Source: Chiloscyllium plagiosum (Eukaryota). Taken from it: a stretch of DNA of 56,636 bases. Each line of letters opens with the position of its first letter. Position 1 is the stretch's first letter. This document shows, piece by piece, positions 38,872-50,636 of this stretch. Under the pieces are notes generated by a model. The model was given only the letters and a program-made list of their open reading frames with translations, ran no database searches and was not told the origin of the DNA. Position numbers and translations under genes: made by a program. The stretch is taken from positions 27,295,380-27,352,015 of the forward strand of contig NC_057719.1 in assembly GCF_004010195.1 (NCBI RefSeq), given 5' to 3'.

Positions 38872-40330
38872 GAACAGGAGTAGGCTATTCAGCTCCTCAA
38901 GCCTGCTCCATCATTCATGAAGATCATGGCTGATCTGTGACTTAACTTTATATGCCTGCCTTGGGCCAATATCCCTTGATACTCTTGCTTACAAAAGTTT
39001 TTCTATCTCAGATTTAAATTTAACAATTGAATTAGCATCAACCGCCGCTTGAGGAAGACGTTCCAAACCCCACTACCCTTTGCCTGCAGAAGTGATTTCA
39101 AACATCTCTCCTGAATGTCTGGCACTAATTTTTAGACTATCCCCTCAGTGCTAGAATCCAACCAATGGAAATGGTCTATCTTTATCTATCCTGTCTATTT
39201 CTGTTAATATTCTGAAAACCTTGATTAGGTCACCACTTAACCTTCGACATTCTAGAGAATCAAGGTAATTTGTCGAATATCTCCTCAAAACCTAACCCCG
39301 AATTCCAGGCACCATCCTTGTAAACCTGCCTTGAACTCCCTTCAGGCAAAATTTTCCATCTGAAGGTGTGGTTCCTAGCTCTGCTCACAATACTCTGTGC
39401 AGGATCTAACTCGACTTTTGTGTAACTGCAGCATAATGTCTGCTTCCTTACACTCCAGCCCTTTACATGTACAGGCCAGCATTCCATTAGCTTTCGTGAT
39501 TATCTTCTGCACCCGTTTATAGCATTTTAAAGAGCTTTGCACCTGAACCCCAAATCTCATTGAACATCCAATGTATTTAACGTTGTGCCTTCTAAGGAAT
39601 ACTCTAATTTATCCTTTTTTGGTCCAAAATAGATAACCTCACACTTTCTTTTTTAAAATCCATCTGCCATAGCTTTGCCCATTCACTTAATTTATCAATA
39701 TCCTGTTGTAATTTTATGCTGATTTCAAGACTGTATCTAATGCTACTCGATTTTATGTCATCAGCAAATTTGGATATTTGACTTTTTCATGCCAGTATTC
39801 AAATCGTTAATGAATATTGTGAATAATTAAGACCCCAACACAGAACCCTGTGGGCCACTACTCGTCACGTCCTGCCAAATAGAGTACTTACCAATTATTC
39901 CAACTCCCTGTTTTCTCCCATTTAGCAAATTTCCTATTTATGTCAGTCACTTTCCCTCAATTCTGTGGTCTTCTACCTTAGGTAACAGTTTCTTGTATGG
40001 GACTTCATAAAAAGCCTTCACAAAGTCCATATAAACAACATCCATTGTTTTGCCTATGTGCACCTCTTCAAAAAACTCTACGAGGTTTGTCAGGCATAAT
40101 TAACCCTTCATGAACCTATGCTAACTCTGCCCAATGAACCAAATTTTTTTTAAGGTGATGAGATACATTATCCTTGATTGTAGATTCCAGAAATTTCCCC
40201 ACCACAGTTGTCAGGCTAACTGGTCTGCAATTCCCTGGTTTCCCTCAGTCACCTTTCTTAAAGAGCAGAGTGACAGGAGCAAATTTCCAATCCAGAGGTA
40301 CAACTCACGAATCCAGGGAGCTCTGAAGAG
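38872..40330 (-). mobile_element. CR1 LINE, decayed RT to 3' end
   Basis: KANGMLA...LQLHKSRVRSCTEYCEQ; tcatcagcaaattt (KFADD on minus strand); CR1 3' UTR at 38872. Confidence 0.8.
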
Positions 40331-40334
40331 CTTG

Positions 40335-40985
40335 GAGGATAACTTGCAGGTGATGATGTTCCTAGGGGTTTACTATTGACCAGAAACTCAACCAGACTCA
40401 CCACATAAACATAGTGGCCAGCAGAGCAGGTCAGAGGCTAGGAATACGGTGGCAAGTAACTCATCTCCTAACTCCCAAAGCTTGTCCACTCTCTACAAGG
40501 CACAAGTCAGGAGTGCGATGGAATACTTCCCACTTGCCTGGATGAGTACAACTCCAGCAACACTCAAGAAGATTGACACCATCCAAGATAAAGTAGCCCA
40601 CTGGATTAACAAGCATCCACTTCCTCCACCAGCAATGGTTAGCAGTGACAGTGTGTACTATCGACAAGATGTACATCAGAAATTCAACAAATTAAACAGC
40701 ACCAACCAAACTTCTATCTAGAAGAACAAGGACAGCAGATACATGGGAACACCACCACATACCATCTATGCCACTTACCTCTGATTTGGAAAAACTGTAT
40801 ATGACTGTTACTAGGTCAAAATCCTGAAATTCCCTTCCCAAGGGCATCATGGTTTACCTACAGCATATGGCCTGCAGTGGTTCAAGAAGACAGCTCACAA
40901 CCACCTTCTTGAGGACAACTAGGGATGAGCAATAAATGCTGGCCAGACAGCGACACCTACATCTCATGAGTGAATCAAAAAACGT
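40335..40985 (+). mobile_element. CR1-group (L2/Crack-like) LINE 3' end
   Basis: LSTLYKAQVRSAMEYFPLAWMS...KKIDTIQDK; tail gagcaataaatgctggcc...gtgaatcaaaa. Confidence 0.8.
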
Positions 40986-42136
40986 GGCAAGAAAGGTTTC
41001 TGTGAGGTAAAAAAAGAAATGTGAGATGTCAACTAGTGCTGGGTCCAACACTGAACCTCAATCTGACATTCATTCCAACTTTATTCCATCCTGATCCTCT
41101 TGGTTCTTTCATTTCACTGCCTGCTCTCCTCTGCAAGGCAGTTGCAGCCCTCAGTATGGTTGCTGCCTGCTTTTACATTGGCACCACTCAGCTAGCTCCC
41201 ACCATCTAAAGGCATTATGCTTCTGACTGGGTGTTGAGCTCTCCTCCTGCCCAATCAACCTACTTACATTTTCAAATACAGTCACAGGAGCAGTTCATCT
41301 GCAGGGTAGAGATGAAGAGTTCATCTGGTCTCAGGATCCTGACCCTGCTTTGAAAAATGCTTACTCTTTTATCCTTACTTCTGTCTTCAGCTTTAGGAAC
41401 TTTCATCATCCATTCTCACGGACTAAGCTCTCAGTAACCTGTCTGAGCTCTTTCACGGTTCAATGTCTGTGTTTTTCAAAATCTACTTTCTTCTCTCTAT
41501 AGGAAGTTACTTGGGATATTTTTACATTAAAAGCCACCGCATTATACTAATTCTTGTTTGAAGATTTGTTCAAATCTATAGTGCAAGATTGGCTGTCTTA
41601 TTTGCTTGTGATATCTTTGATGTTTTCAATAAATTTGTTGCCACTTCTTCTGTACTGCTGCTTTAAACAAACACAAACAAAAAAAAATTAATCTGGTCAT
41701 CTTTTTTGTTGCTAACTGGAAACAGTTTAACTATTCTTCGTATTCTTTATGTCTCTCAATTATTTAATTGAAGAGCATCTGTTCATCATTCCCACAACAG
41801 TTGTATGGAACTGGGCTGATAAATGTTGCGACTAACTCAGTATTATTGAAATGACAGTTCCTGTCAGCCATCTGTCCATTGATAATACAAAAAGAATGTT
41901 CATTAGCAATCGTTTGTCTGCAGTGGATAAATACTTTGAATCACATGCAAATAATATTTCAAGAATTGCAAGTAAATGATATTTATTCTGTCTTTTTGCC
42001 TTTTCCAAAAAGTATTGTATGAATAGCTCCATGGAATTGCTGGATTGCCCATTGGCCTAGCCAACATTAAAACCAATAGAAGGAGCTGGTGTTCAAGAAT
42101 TGTCTTTAGAAATATATTTTTACTTCAAACTGGCAC

Positions 42137-42168
42137 CTTATTGGGTTCAGATTTCTTTGAAGCAGTCC
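42137..42168 (-). CDS. Candidate 32-bp coding exon (W)TASKKSEPNK
   Basis: Acceptor ttctgtattttatcaacAG and donor AAG|GTGCCA (weak); phase 1 to 0 bridges exons 48616 and 35423. Confidence 0.35.
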
Positions 42169-42496
42169 CTGTTGATAAAATACAGAATGCTCTCTTTCAA
42201 CAAGTGTAAATATACAGTGACAGCCATTTTGCATATTTATTGATTTCTTGTTGAAAACCAAATAGTTCAGCTGCAACCTTGATGTATAAATTAATCACTT
42301 GGTGATATGTAATAAGTCATGTCATATTAAAATACAGGTTATTAGTATTTTATAAAATGTATTGTATACGTTTGCTCCAGAAAATGACATAACATACCTT
42401 TGTGTTAAAGTTGAAAATTAAAATAGCTTCATTGCTTGTTGTATGCTTAGATAATATTTTTTATTCTTTGACCATCAGTGAGATCCTGCATCTGAG

Positions 42497-42586
42497 ATGG
42501 ATCTTGGTGGGTTGCTCTTCAAAGGGTTGGTGTGGTCAGTGTTGGGCCAAGGGGCCTGTTTCCACATAGTAGGCAATCTAATCTAA
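42497..42586 (+). mobile_element. SINE 3' fragment (HE1 type)
   Basis: gggttgctcttc..agggttggtgtgg...gggcctgtttccaca...aatctaatct. Confidence 0.65.
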
Positions 42587-45167
42587 AGATTAGATATTAA
42601 ACCAAGCTTCTGAACCATGATGAATGCACAAACTAGTATTCCAGTTGACATGCAAAATCAGACTTTTGTCCACTGCCTGTATTTTTCTGCACCCTGTCAT
42701 ATTATTTTCTGGTGGGTCCTGGGTGGCTCAGTTAGAGTGCTACCATCTTGTAACATGACCTGTATCAATCTGTCATCTCTAAAATGAAAATCAAAGCCAC
42801 CTTATATTTCAAACATGCAACAGTGCAAGAAACCAATGCGTGCAAAATGCATCGAGTTGAATATCTCATTCTCCCACTGGGGATGTTTTTGGTGGAGAAT
42901 GATGGACACTTAAAACATAGAGAATGACAGTCACCAAAATTGGAAGCCTATCCGCCACGTGTGAACAAACAACTGAGGGCCAACTGAACTTGCTATAAAC
43001 TCAATTGATCCCAACAGTAAGCTGACCATAACAAGGCTGGAATGGGTAGTCAGATTGGAGTGGGCAAATCCATCTTTAAAGCCCTAATTTACCTTCCTGC
43101 AGAAGCAATGTTTCTCTTTGGGCCTTTTCCTACAGTCCCAATAGTGCTCACTACAGAGATTTAGCACTGCCGGAAATGATAGAGCTGCTGTCCAGGAGTC
43201 TTGCTCCAGACTGAGAGCAATGTAACCCTTCCCATAGCCTAATGGCTGTGAAATAGGTTTCTTTCTGGGCCTTCAGCTTACCACCGATTTGACTTCCTTG
43301 CAATGTGAGCAATTAGCACGCCCTTGTAATTTTCTGCCCATTCTTCCAGTTTGTAAAAGGATTCAATCACTCTGAAGAGAAATAGTAGTTCCTTAAGAAT
43401 GATCAGATGATTGTGGCATTCCTTCTGGAAACCCACCTTGTATTCTGAAAGTGCATCAAGTCACAAATTAGTCCATGCGCCAAACGTCTACTTGACAAAA
43501 GCAGAGGAATGGTTTTACTGATAGCCAACACCTCCCTTTAACATCAAAGAATATCAGTAAGGTAGGCTGTTCCATTCTGAAAAGAATTGTAGCTGGGGTG
43601 AAGTGGTGTTATATATGTGGCAGAACCTAATCACATTGGTCACTGTTATTATGTCAAATATAGAGTTTCCAAAACTCCTTAACATTTAGCATGCTGAGTA
43701 GTTAATGCCCACCCCATTGGAATGAATGAAACAATTCAGTTTTTAATCTTTTTGAGGTCACATATTGACTCTCCATTGTTGGATGGCACAATCTCATGTA
43801 TACTCGTGAATATTGGGAAGAGGTAATTATTCACTAAGAACTTTTAGTCCATCCTGATTTGACCCCCATCAATAACCTTAAGATATCTTGAAGAAGCCTC
43901 TTGTTACGATAATATCAGAAAAATTCTTTTCATATACCACTATGTTCATTTCAGTTCTTCCACTGAACCATTGATAGTTTTTTACATTTATTTGGAAGGC
44001 TGCTATGTTCTTTCTATTAAGCAATGCTCCTTTCAATAGTTCAAATTAAAAATCTTCTTCACTGTATTTTCCAAATGGAGATATCAAAGTCTTAATCATT
44101 AGTGATTTTTAATTGAAGCAGCATTTATCAAATGTATAGCTTCAAGATGAAAAACATTCCCACTTATGTAAAAGAAGTGATTAATAATAAGGAAAACCAA
44201 AAAGCAACCCAGCTCCAGCCCAAATGTCTCACCTGCTGAAAAATTTCTTTACTTGTAGTACAAAACCTTTATCTTTTGCAGGATTAACTAATGCACTAAT
44301 AAAGGGACAAAATAATGTTTTCAATTCTCTCTGCAATATTTAAAACACCAGACATGAAATGAATTTCAGCAGATTTATTTCTGTTTCAGCAATGTGCCTA
44401 AGATTCAAAACCATCTTAAACTCAATGAAAGTTTGACAGTCTCTGACAAATGTATGGTGATAAGGTGTAGATATTAGAAAACCAACCTAAATAGAGCCAA
44501 AAAAACCTCAGGAAATATTAGATTCCTGACGTCAAGGAAAGAAGTTTGATTTTAGCAATATGTGTTTTTTTCACAATTAGATGAGAATCTGACTGGTGAG
44601 TTGTGAGGGGTTTATTGCAAGCATTATCATTTCATTATTACCTCATTTACATGCAGTTTGTATTTTCCCAGGCAATATAGAGAAATTAGGCCACGACAGT
44701 CCCTGATATAAAAGTCTGAGCAGGTACCTGACAGCTACAATTCAACAGCATCTTCTCCGGCCATTCATTTTGGCCAGAATACCCCAGTATTTCAACACCA
44801 TGAGCAGGGACCAACTGCATCCTTCATCCACAAAGGTTGGCACTGGACTCACACCAGCCTACCACATCAACAGGGCACACTTCTGACTGACTCATAATAA
44901 AACTCACCACTTCAACACTGCACTTTGGAGCTTACCGATGCCTTTCATTGCAATGCTGCTGCCAGGCAACTTTGTGAGCAGGGCCACACAGTGGAACAAG
45001 GGGCATCACAGGATTCTTAGCTTGCTGTCTTAGAGCTCACTCACTTTGCACCTACTCGGGTGCTCATAACATCTATGCCTTGCCTTGCTTTTACCATTTT
45101 GGATTTTGTAAATTTACCATTTAATGGAATGCTCACAAAAACAAGAACAGCAATAAGTACAGGAGAA

Positions 45168-45657
45168 GATGGCGCATGGTGGTAAGGTTGGTAGACTAGC
45201 AATCAGCTTAATGATCCAGATTAATGATCTGATGATTTGAGTTCCCCCTGCAGCAGTTGGTGGAGTTTAAGTTCAATTGATAAATCTGAATATCATTGAT
45301 TGTTGTAAAAACACATCCATTTCATTAATGCTGTTTCGGGAAGGAAATTCGCTGGACTGTAACTCCAGACCCACAGTTTGAGAGCACTGTATTGTTGACT
45401 TTTAGCTTACCTCTGATATGGCTAAGAAAACCAATTAGTTCACAGGTAAATTAGAGTAATAATTAGGGTAACAAATGCTGGCCTTGCTAGTGATAGGAAG
45501 GGTTAGAGGGATATGGACCAAGTGCTGGCAAATGGGAGTAAATTAGGTTAGGATAACTACTCGGCATGGATGAGTTGAATCAAAGGGTCTGTTTCCATGC
45601 TGTGCATCTCCATGATTCCATGATTCTATGATACCCGCATCTCATGAAAGAACAAAA
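45168..45657 (+). mobile_element. tRNA-like SINE with L2/Crack-like tail, interrupted by a CR1 3' end (~45495-45630)
   Basis: ggaaggaaa...actccagacccacag...gttgact...aattaggg...aaatgctggcc; inverted homolog at 49525-49690; the inserted piece matches 47636-47807. Confidence 0.65.
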
Positions 45658-46039
45658 TGTAGACATTAGGTTAAAGTTGTGTCACTGGCCCAGTTTATAG
45701 GGAAGGTCAAGTGTCTGTGCTGGCTGTAGGTGGTCCTCTAGTTTATAGAGAGGCATTTGAATAACTGCATACACATTGAAACTACATAACAGATCAAGGG
45801 GAACCTATTTCAGTCTTTGATAGTCTAGTGAGTCAGAAATAGAAAAAAAAGTTTTATGAAGGTGATATGTTCATCAAGATATTTCAATAATCAAAATGAC
45901 CAGATCCAATTCCATAAAAATTGAAATAGCAAACAAACTTGGGAAGTAGGTTTTGTTTTTAGTCTACAGAATTCCAGCAGCAGTAGAGCTCTGAGCAGTA
46001 AGGTAGGCTGCCAACAACTAGTTGCACTGGCAATTTCCA

Positions 46040-46175
46040 TTCATTCCTGATGAAGGGCTTTTGCCCGAAGGGTCAATTTTCCCGCTCCTCGGATGCTACC
46101 TGATCTGCTGTGCTTTTCCAGCGCCACTCTAATCTAGATTCTGATCTCCAGCATCTGTAGTCCTCACATTTGCCT
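46040..46175 (+). mobile_element. Penelope mini-insertion starting at the hammerhead motif, 8-bp TSD
   Basis: ctgatgaagggcttttgcccgaagggtc at 46047; TSD aatttcca at 46032-46039 and 46176-46183. Confidence 0.8.
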
Positions 46176-47635
46176 AATTTCCACCAAGTCCTTTATCTAC
46201 ATTTCTCACCACAGCATCTGTCCAGGGCTATCTGCATTCAGCGGACACTTTCCCGTTGCGGTGAAAACAGACGCCGGCTTTTCTGGTGGAGAACCCAGAA
46301 AGTACAAGATGGAAAGCAGTGTTCCCAAGTCCTTTCTTCACCATGTGAGACATTAGTATTAGTCATATCTCCTGCAGGGAACTGACACTGCCAATGTCTC
46401 AAAATTTCCTCATGACCATGACATTAACAACTCTTTCACAAGGGTAGGTGAGAGTAAGGACACCACAATCACCCTTGCCTTCCCACTAACCAAGGAATGT
46501 ATTTAACAGAGGCAATTTTGTTCTTGCTAGCCAAATGTCACTTCCTCTGATGAACATCTGCCTAACTAAATGTCAGGTACTTCACAGAACAGTGATGGGC
46601 CTTACCCATGATCAAGGACCCCAGGGCAGAAGAACTGCCCATCAATAACTGGCTGATCAATGAGAGAATCACAGGTCTTCAGTGAAAAGCAGTACCATTA
46701 GAGGAGTTGGTGGCTGCTGTTAGTACTACACCCACGCAATGTCTTGACTGGGGATGGGCCAAAGCAGAGGTGAGTGATGGGGGGTAAGGAGTTAAAGTCG
46801 GAAATAAGGGCAAGGGTGGGATTCTTTCTTGATGTAACATCCTTCAATCGGGCACTAATTGCCTTTAATGAGAACATCTATCCCTCCAATACCCTGCTTT
46901 CAAAAGCCCATAGAAAATCAACCAGGGTTTGTTCTTTGGATTCCTACGTGATAAGTTCCTGATTTGCCACTCATCAAATAGTGGCAGCAGGAGGATGAAG
47001 CACTTAAGTGAGCTCTAATTTCCCCCTTAAGGGTCTCAATTGGCAGGAAGATGGGATAACTGTCGACAGAGTTTCTCTCCACTGACTTAATCCAGTTGGA
47101 GATCCACAATTAAATTGAAATCCACTTTTGCACATCCTTCTCCCCATTAACGAGCACACCACCCCCCCCCCCCCGCCCCAAGCCATATGGGAGGGCATTA
47201 AATGCCTCCTAAGAAGGTATTTTGAAAGGTTGCTTTCTGCACTGTATTATTCTTCCTTCAAGGATTGGCAATGCGCCTGTGACTAGAGACTTTAAAAACA
47301 CAGCTGGAATTCTTCTCAATGAAGAATTAAAATGACAGGGTATTGAAAAGTTGAATCGCTGCAGCATTAGCAAAGATAAAAGCGTTAAAGTCAAAAATTT
47401 ATAGGTCACCATCTTTTCTTTGATGAATATTTCATGATAGGCTACAGTTACTCCTTTGATAAAGATTTTAACACACTCTCGAGACAAGGAAAAGATGCTC
47501 TTCATAATCATATTTTTTGAAATATTTTTGAAGACTTTTACATTCACATGCCCAACAGAAGAGTATATATTAAGTCCATATCAGGTGACACCAGATACCA
47601 CGAAGTTCCAAGATGCTACATACTCCTTTTAAACA

Positions 47636-47807
47636 AAATTGCAACATTTAAGAGGCATTTGGATGGGTATATGAATAGGAAGGATTTGGAGGGATATGGG
47701 CTGGGTGCTGGCAGGTGGGACTAGATTGGGTTGGGATATCTGGTCGGCATGGACGGGTTGGACCGAAGGGTCTGTTTCCATGCTGTACATCTCTATGACT
47801 CTATGAC
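47636..47807 (+). mobile_element. CR1 3' end (young subfamily)
   Basis: Near-identical to 27750-27910; tail ctctatgactctatgact. Confidence 0.9.
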
Positions 47808-48615
47808 TTTATAGGGTAGTTTTCATACATTAGTCAGAAACCAATCTAGAATGAGCTACGATTGCAGGTTTGTAACAATTTTCTGTTCTACCTCTGCATT
47901 ATACTTAATCAGCCAAACATATCAATTTAATTGTGGATGGTGAGGCAATCTCAAATTTCCTCCAACTGATTGACACAATGAAATTGTGTTTCACCTAGTT
48001 AGTCAGAAACTAGGAGGATTAATTAAGTAAGCAAATCAAAACAAGAAGTTGAAACTAATGCAAAAGCTTTTCTGCTGCCATTTTGCTTCATGGTCTAGTT
48101 CAAATTCAAATATTCAAAACAAGATTTGAGCAATTTGAAAATGTATTCATCAGTTCTGGACAAATTCAAGAAAACTATTGTCATGGCTTGCGTTAAAATT
48201 TATACTAATTTCAGTGAGTATTTTTCAAAGGCAATTTGAATTGAAATTCCCCTGAATCTTTCAGCATACCTACAGACTGGCATAAAACAAGTGGAAAATC
48301 AGCACAGATAAGGGGGCTCCATGGGGAAAGTAGAGAACATGTGCCAGTTATCTGCTTTCATTCCTATTTTGGATCATTAAAATCAAAATTCAAGTTTGGT
48401 AATAGCAAATCTTCATTATGCATCTTAAGAACACAATGTGCAATATTGGAAGGCATTTTTCCTGATGCTAACATCAAAGGTATAGAAAATGCAGCTCAAA
48501 TCTCAGGAAACACTGAAGAAACAAAGTTATCTTCCATTGACACCTAAGGTGTTCTCTAAAAGCATTACCTAGTAAATCAGAGGCTCATTCACCTTCAGAC
48601 TTTGCCTTCACTCAC

Positions 48616-48802
48616 ATTCTAAAGAAAGCAACTTATCTGGGATAGCCATCTGAGTGAAGAATTGCAGCCTAGCCATAAACGGTAATTGCTCTTGTGCTCG
48701 AAGTACAGGATCCAGCAATCGATCGAGCAACTCATAACTCAGCTGGAGTGGACAGGACAGGTCAGAACTGGAGTTATTTAAATCAGATGCAGGCATTTTC
48801 TT
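48616..48802 (-). CDS. Candidate internal coding exon KKMPASDLNNSSSDLSCPLQLSYELLDRLLDPVLRAQEQLPFMARLQFFTQMAIPDKLLSLE
   Basis: Acceptor actttcctaaaacctgtAG and donor AAT|GTGAGT; 187 bp; only phase 0 to 1 is open; retains several CpGs in a CpG-poor background. Confidence 0.65.
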
Positions 48803-49524
48803 CTACAGGTTTTAGGAAAGTTATATATATAGCAAACCAGCAGAGGAGGGGTGTTAAATGGGAAGGCAAGGCAGAAAGAAGTTTAATAACTTACCAAATC
48901 AGGGGAAAAAGCCTTCCAATACAGATGAAAAACAAAAAAAAATTATATCTATAACCTGGTGTTGTGTGATTTTTAACTTTAAAAACAAAAATGCTGCAGA
49001 CGTAAAAATTCTGCAATAAAAACAAAGCACTGGAAACACCCCTGAATCTTATGGGTGGCAAGAATGTCATCAACATGGGCTATGGTGAGATGTGCAGCAG
49101 AATTGGGTGAAACATCTACTACGTGAAGATCATTTTCTCCAATCTTTTCACAGTGTGGCAAGCTTCTAACCAGGCACAAGTGGGTTGTTATTTTACAGCA
49201 ATTATTACTTGTTAAGCTCCTTGGTGAACATCCAATACACCTCATTGGTATTCTGTGTCCACTCTGAGCTGTGAGTTGCAGTAGAATACTGTACAAGTGG
49301 TACTTAGTCTTTTGGCGGGACATGGATGGCCCCTGCATCCTCACAAGAACAGTCCCAGTCTTCACCTGCGAGGCCATGGATTCTGTCACTGAAGGGAGTG
49401 AGGGATATTGCTCTCCCCACTCATCCAGCATTGTTCTGTGCTGTTATAGGATGTCCTCTCCTGTAATGACAGAAAGGGGGTAAATGAGTAAGATACAAGT
49501 CAGTAACACAGTAACCTGTGCTGG

Positions 49525-49690
49525 TACTTTTTTTTAATTCATTGATGAGGGCATCACTGGCCAGGCCAGCATTTATTGCCCATCCCTAATTACCTAGAGG
49601 CGAGTGTTAAAAGTCAACCATATTGCTGTGGGTCTGGGGTCACATATAGGCCAAACAAGGTGAGGTTGGAAGTTCCCTTCCCTAACAGAC
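49525..49690 (-). mobile_element. SINE 3' half (family of 45168)
   Basis: gccagcatttattgcccatccctaatt...gtcaaccatattgctgtgggtctgg. Confidence 0.7.
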
Positions 49691-50169
49691 AATCAGCAAT
49701 AGTCTCATGGTCATCATGCAAGGGAAAGGTGTTGAGATATTCTGAGGGAGTGAAGAGACAGCAAAGAGACCTTGCAGGGTTAATGATCTTGAAGGAGTTA
49801 GCAAGAGTGATTGAGGAAAATTGTTGCATACAACGAAGGGGGAGTTAGAGCGTGAGCCTTGGTGGGAAGTGGGTGCAGTGGCAAGAACAGGTCATGGACC
49901 TTCTTTCAGCATTGCAGGTCATTCCTCTGACCACATGCTACACACCATTGGAGTGGGAACAGCAATTAATGTGTTGGGTTTGGTAACATACAGTCGGGAA
50001 ATGCATTCAACTTTGTAGTGAGAAGCCCTCGAAGAAGGTCAACACATCTTGGACTTAGCCAAAACATTATAAGGCTGTATTTACATTTTTGGCTCAGTGT
50101 GAGTTGCATTGAGTTTTTTGGAAGGCTTTTCATCAAAAGGCCCAGTGCCTTTTATTGCTGTATATTACC

Positions 50170-50422
50170 AAACACCATCACCAGCAAGTTACCCTCCAAG
50201 CGACTCACCATCCTGATTGGAAATATATCACTGTTTCTTCAGTCTTGCAGCATCAAAATCCTGGAATTCTCTCCTGAAGGGCATTGTTGTCAGGTTACAG
50301 CAGGTGAACTGCAACCATTCAAGAAGGCAGCTCACCACCATCTTCTCAAAGGCAACTGGAGACTGGTATTAAATGCTGGCTCAGCCATCGATGCTCCTGT
50401 CCCAAGAGTAATTAATAAAAAA
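50170..50422 (+). mobile_element. CR1-group (L2/Crack-like) LINE 3' tail
   Basis: Matches 40745-40985. Confidence 0.75.
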
Positions 50423-50636
50423 TTGCCTCATGAAATACCTGCCATGGTCCAAGGGTGTCTTTCACATCTGATTTACACACCATCGAGCACACACCATTCT
50501 TGGAACAACTCACCACTCAGCAGTTATCTGCAGAAAGATCAGTATCCCTAGAATATGCACCACCGTTAAAATGCTGCTGCACGGGCAACGAGATCTGGCA
50601 TTTTGAACTTGCCCTGCTAGTGGGCAGAATCGGAAC

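Noticed and set aside
44233..44295. Minus-strand exon-like segment ALVNPAKDKGFVLQVKKFFSR
   Set aside because: Ends in phase 2 and does not fit between exons A and C without further unseen exons; left unresolved.
46210..46282. Minus-strand exon-like segment KPASVFTATGKCPLNADSPGQML
   Set aside because: Good splice signals, but joining it to exon A creates TAA, and the sequence resembles DNA-transposon terminal sequence.
46555..47200. Possible DNA-transposon/MITE remnants (also ~15830-16810, ~42660-43340, ~55050-55890)
   Set aside because: Composition and short motifs are suggestive, but TIRs and TSDs could not be demonstrated by eye.
47209..47547. 112-aa minus-strand ORF
   Set aside because: AT-rich with no motif and no convincing splice sites; probably chance.
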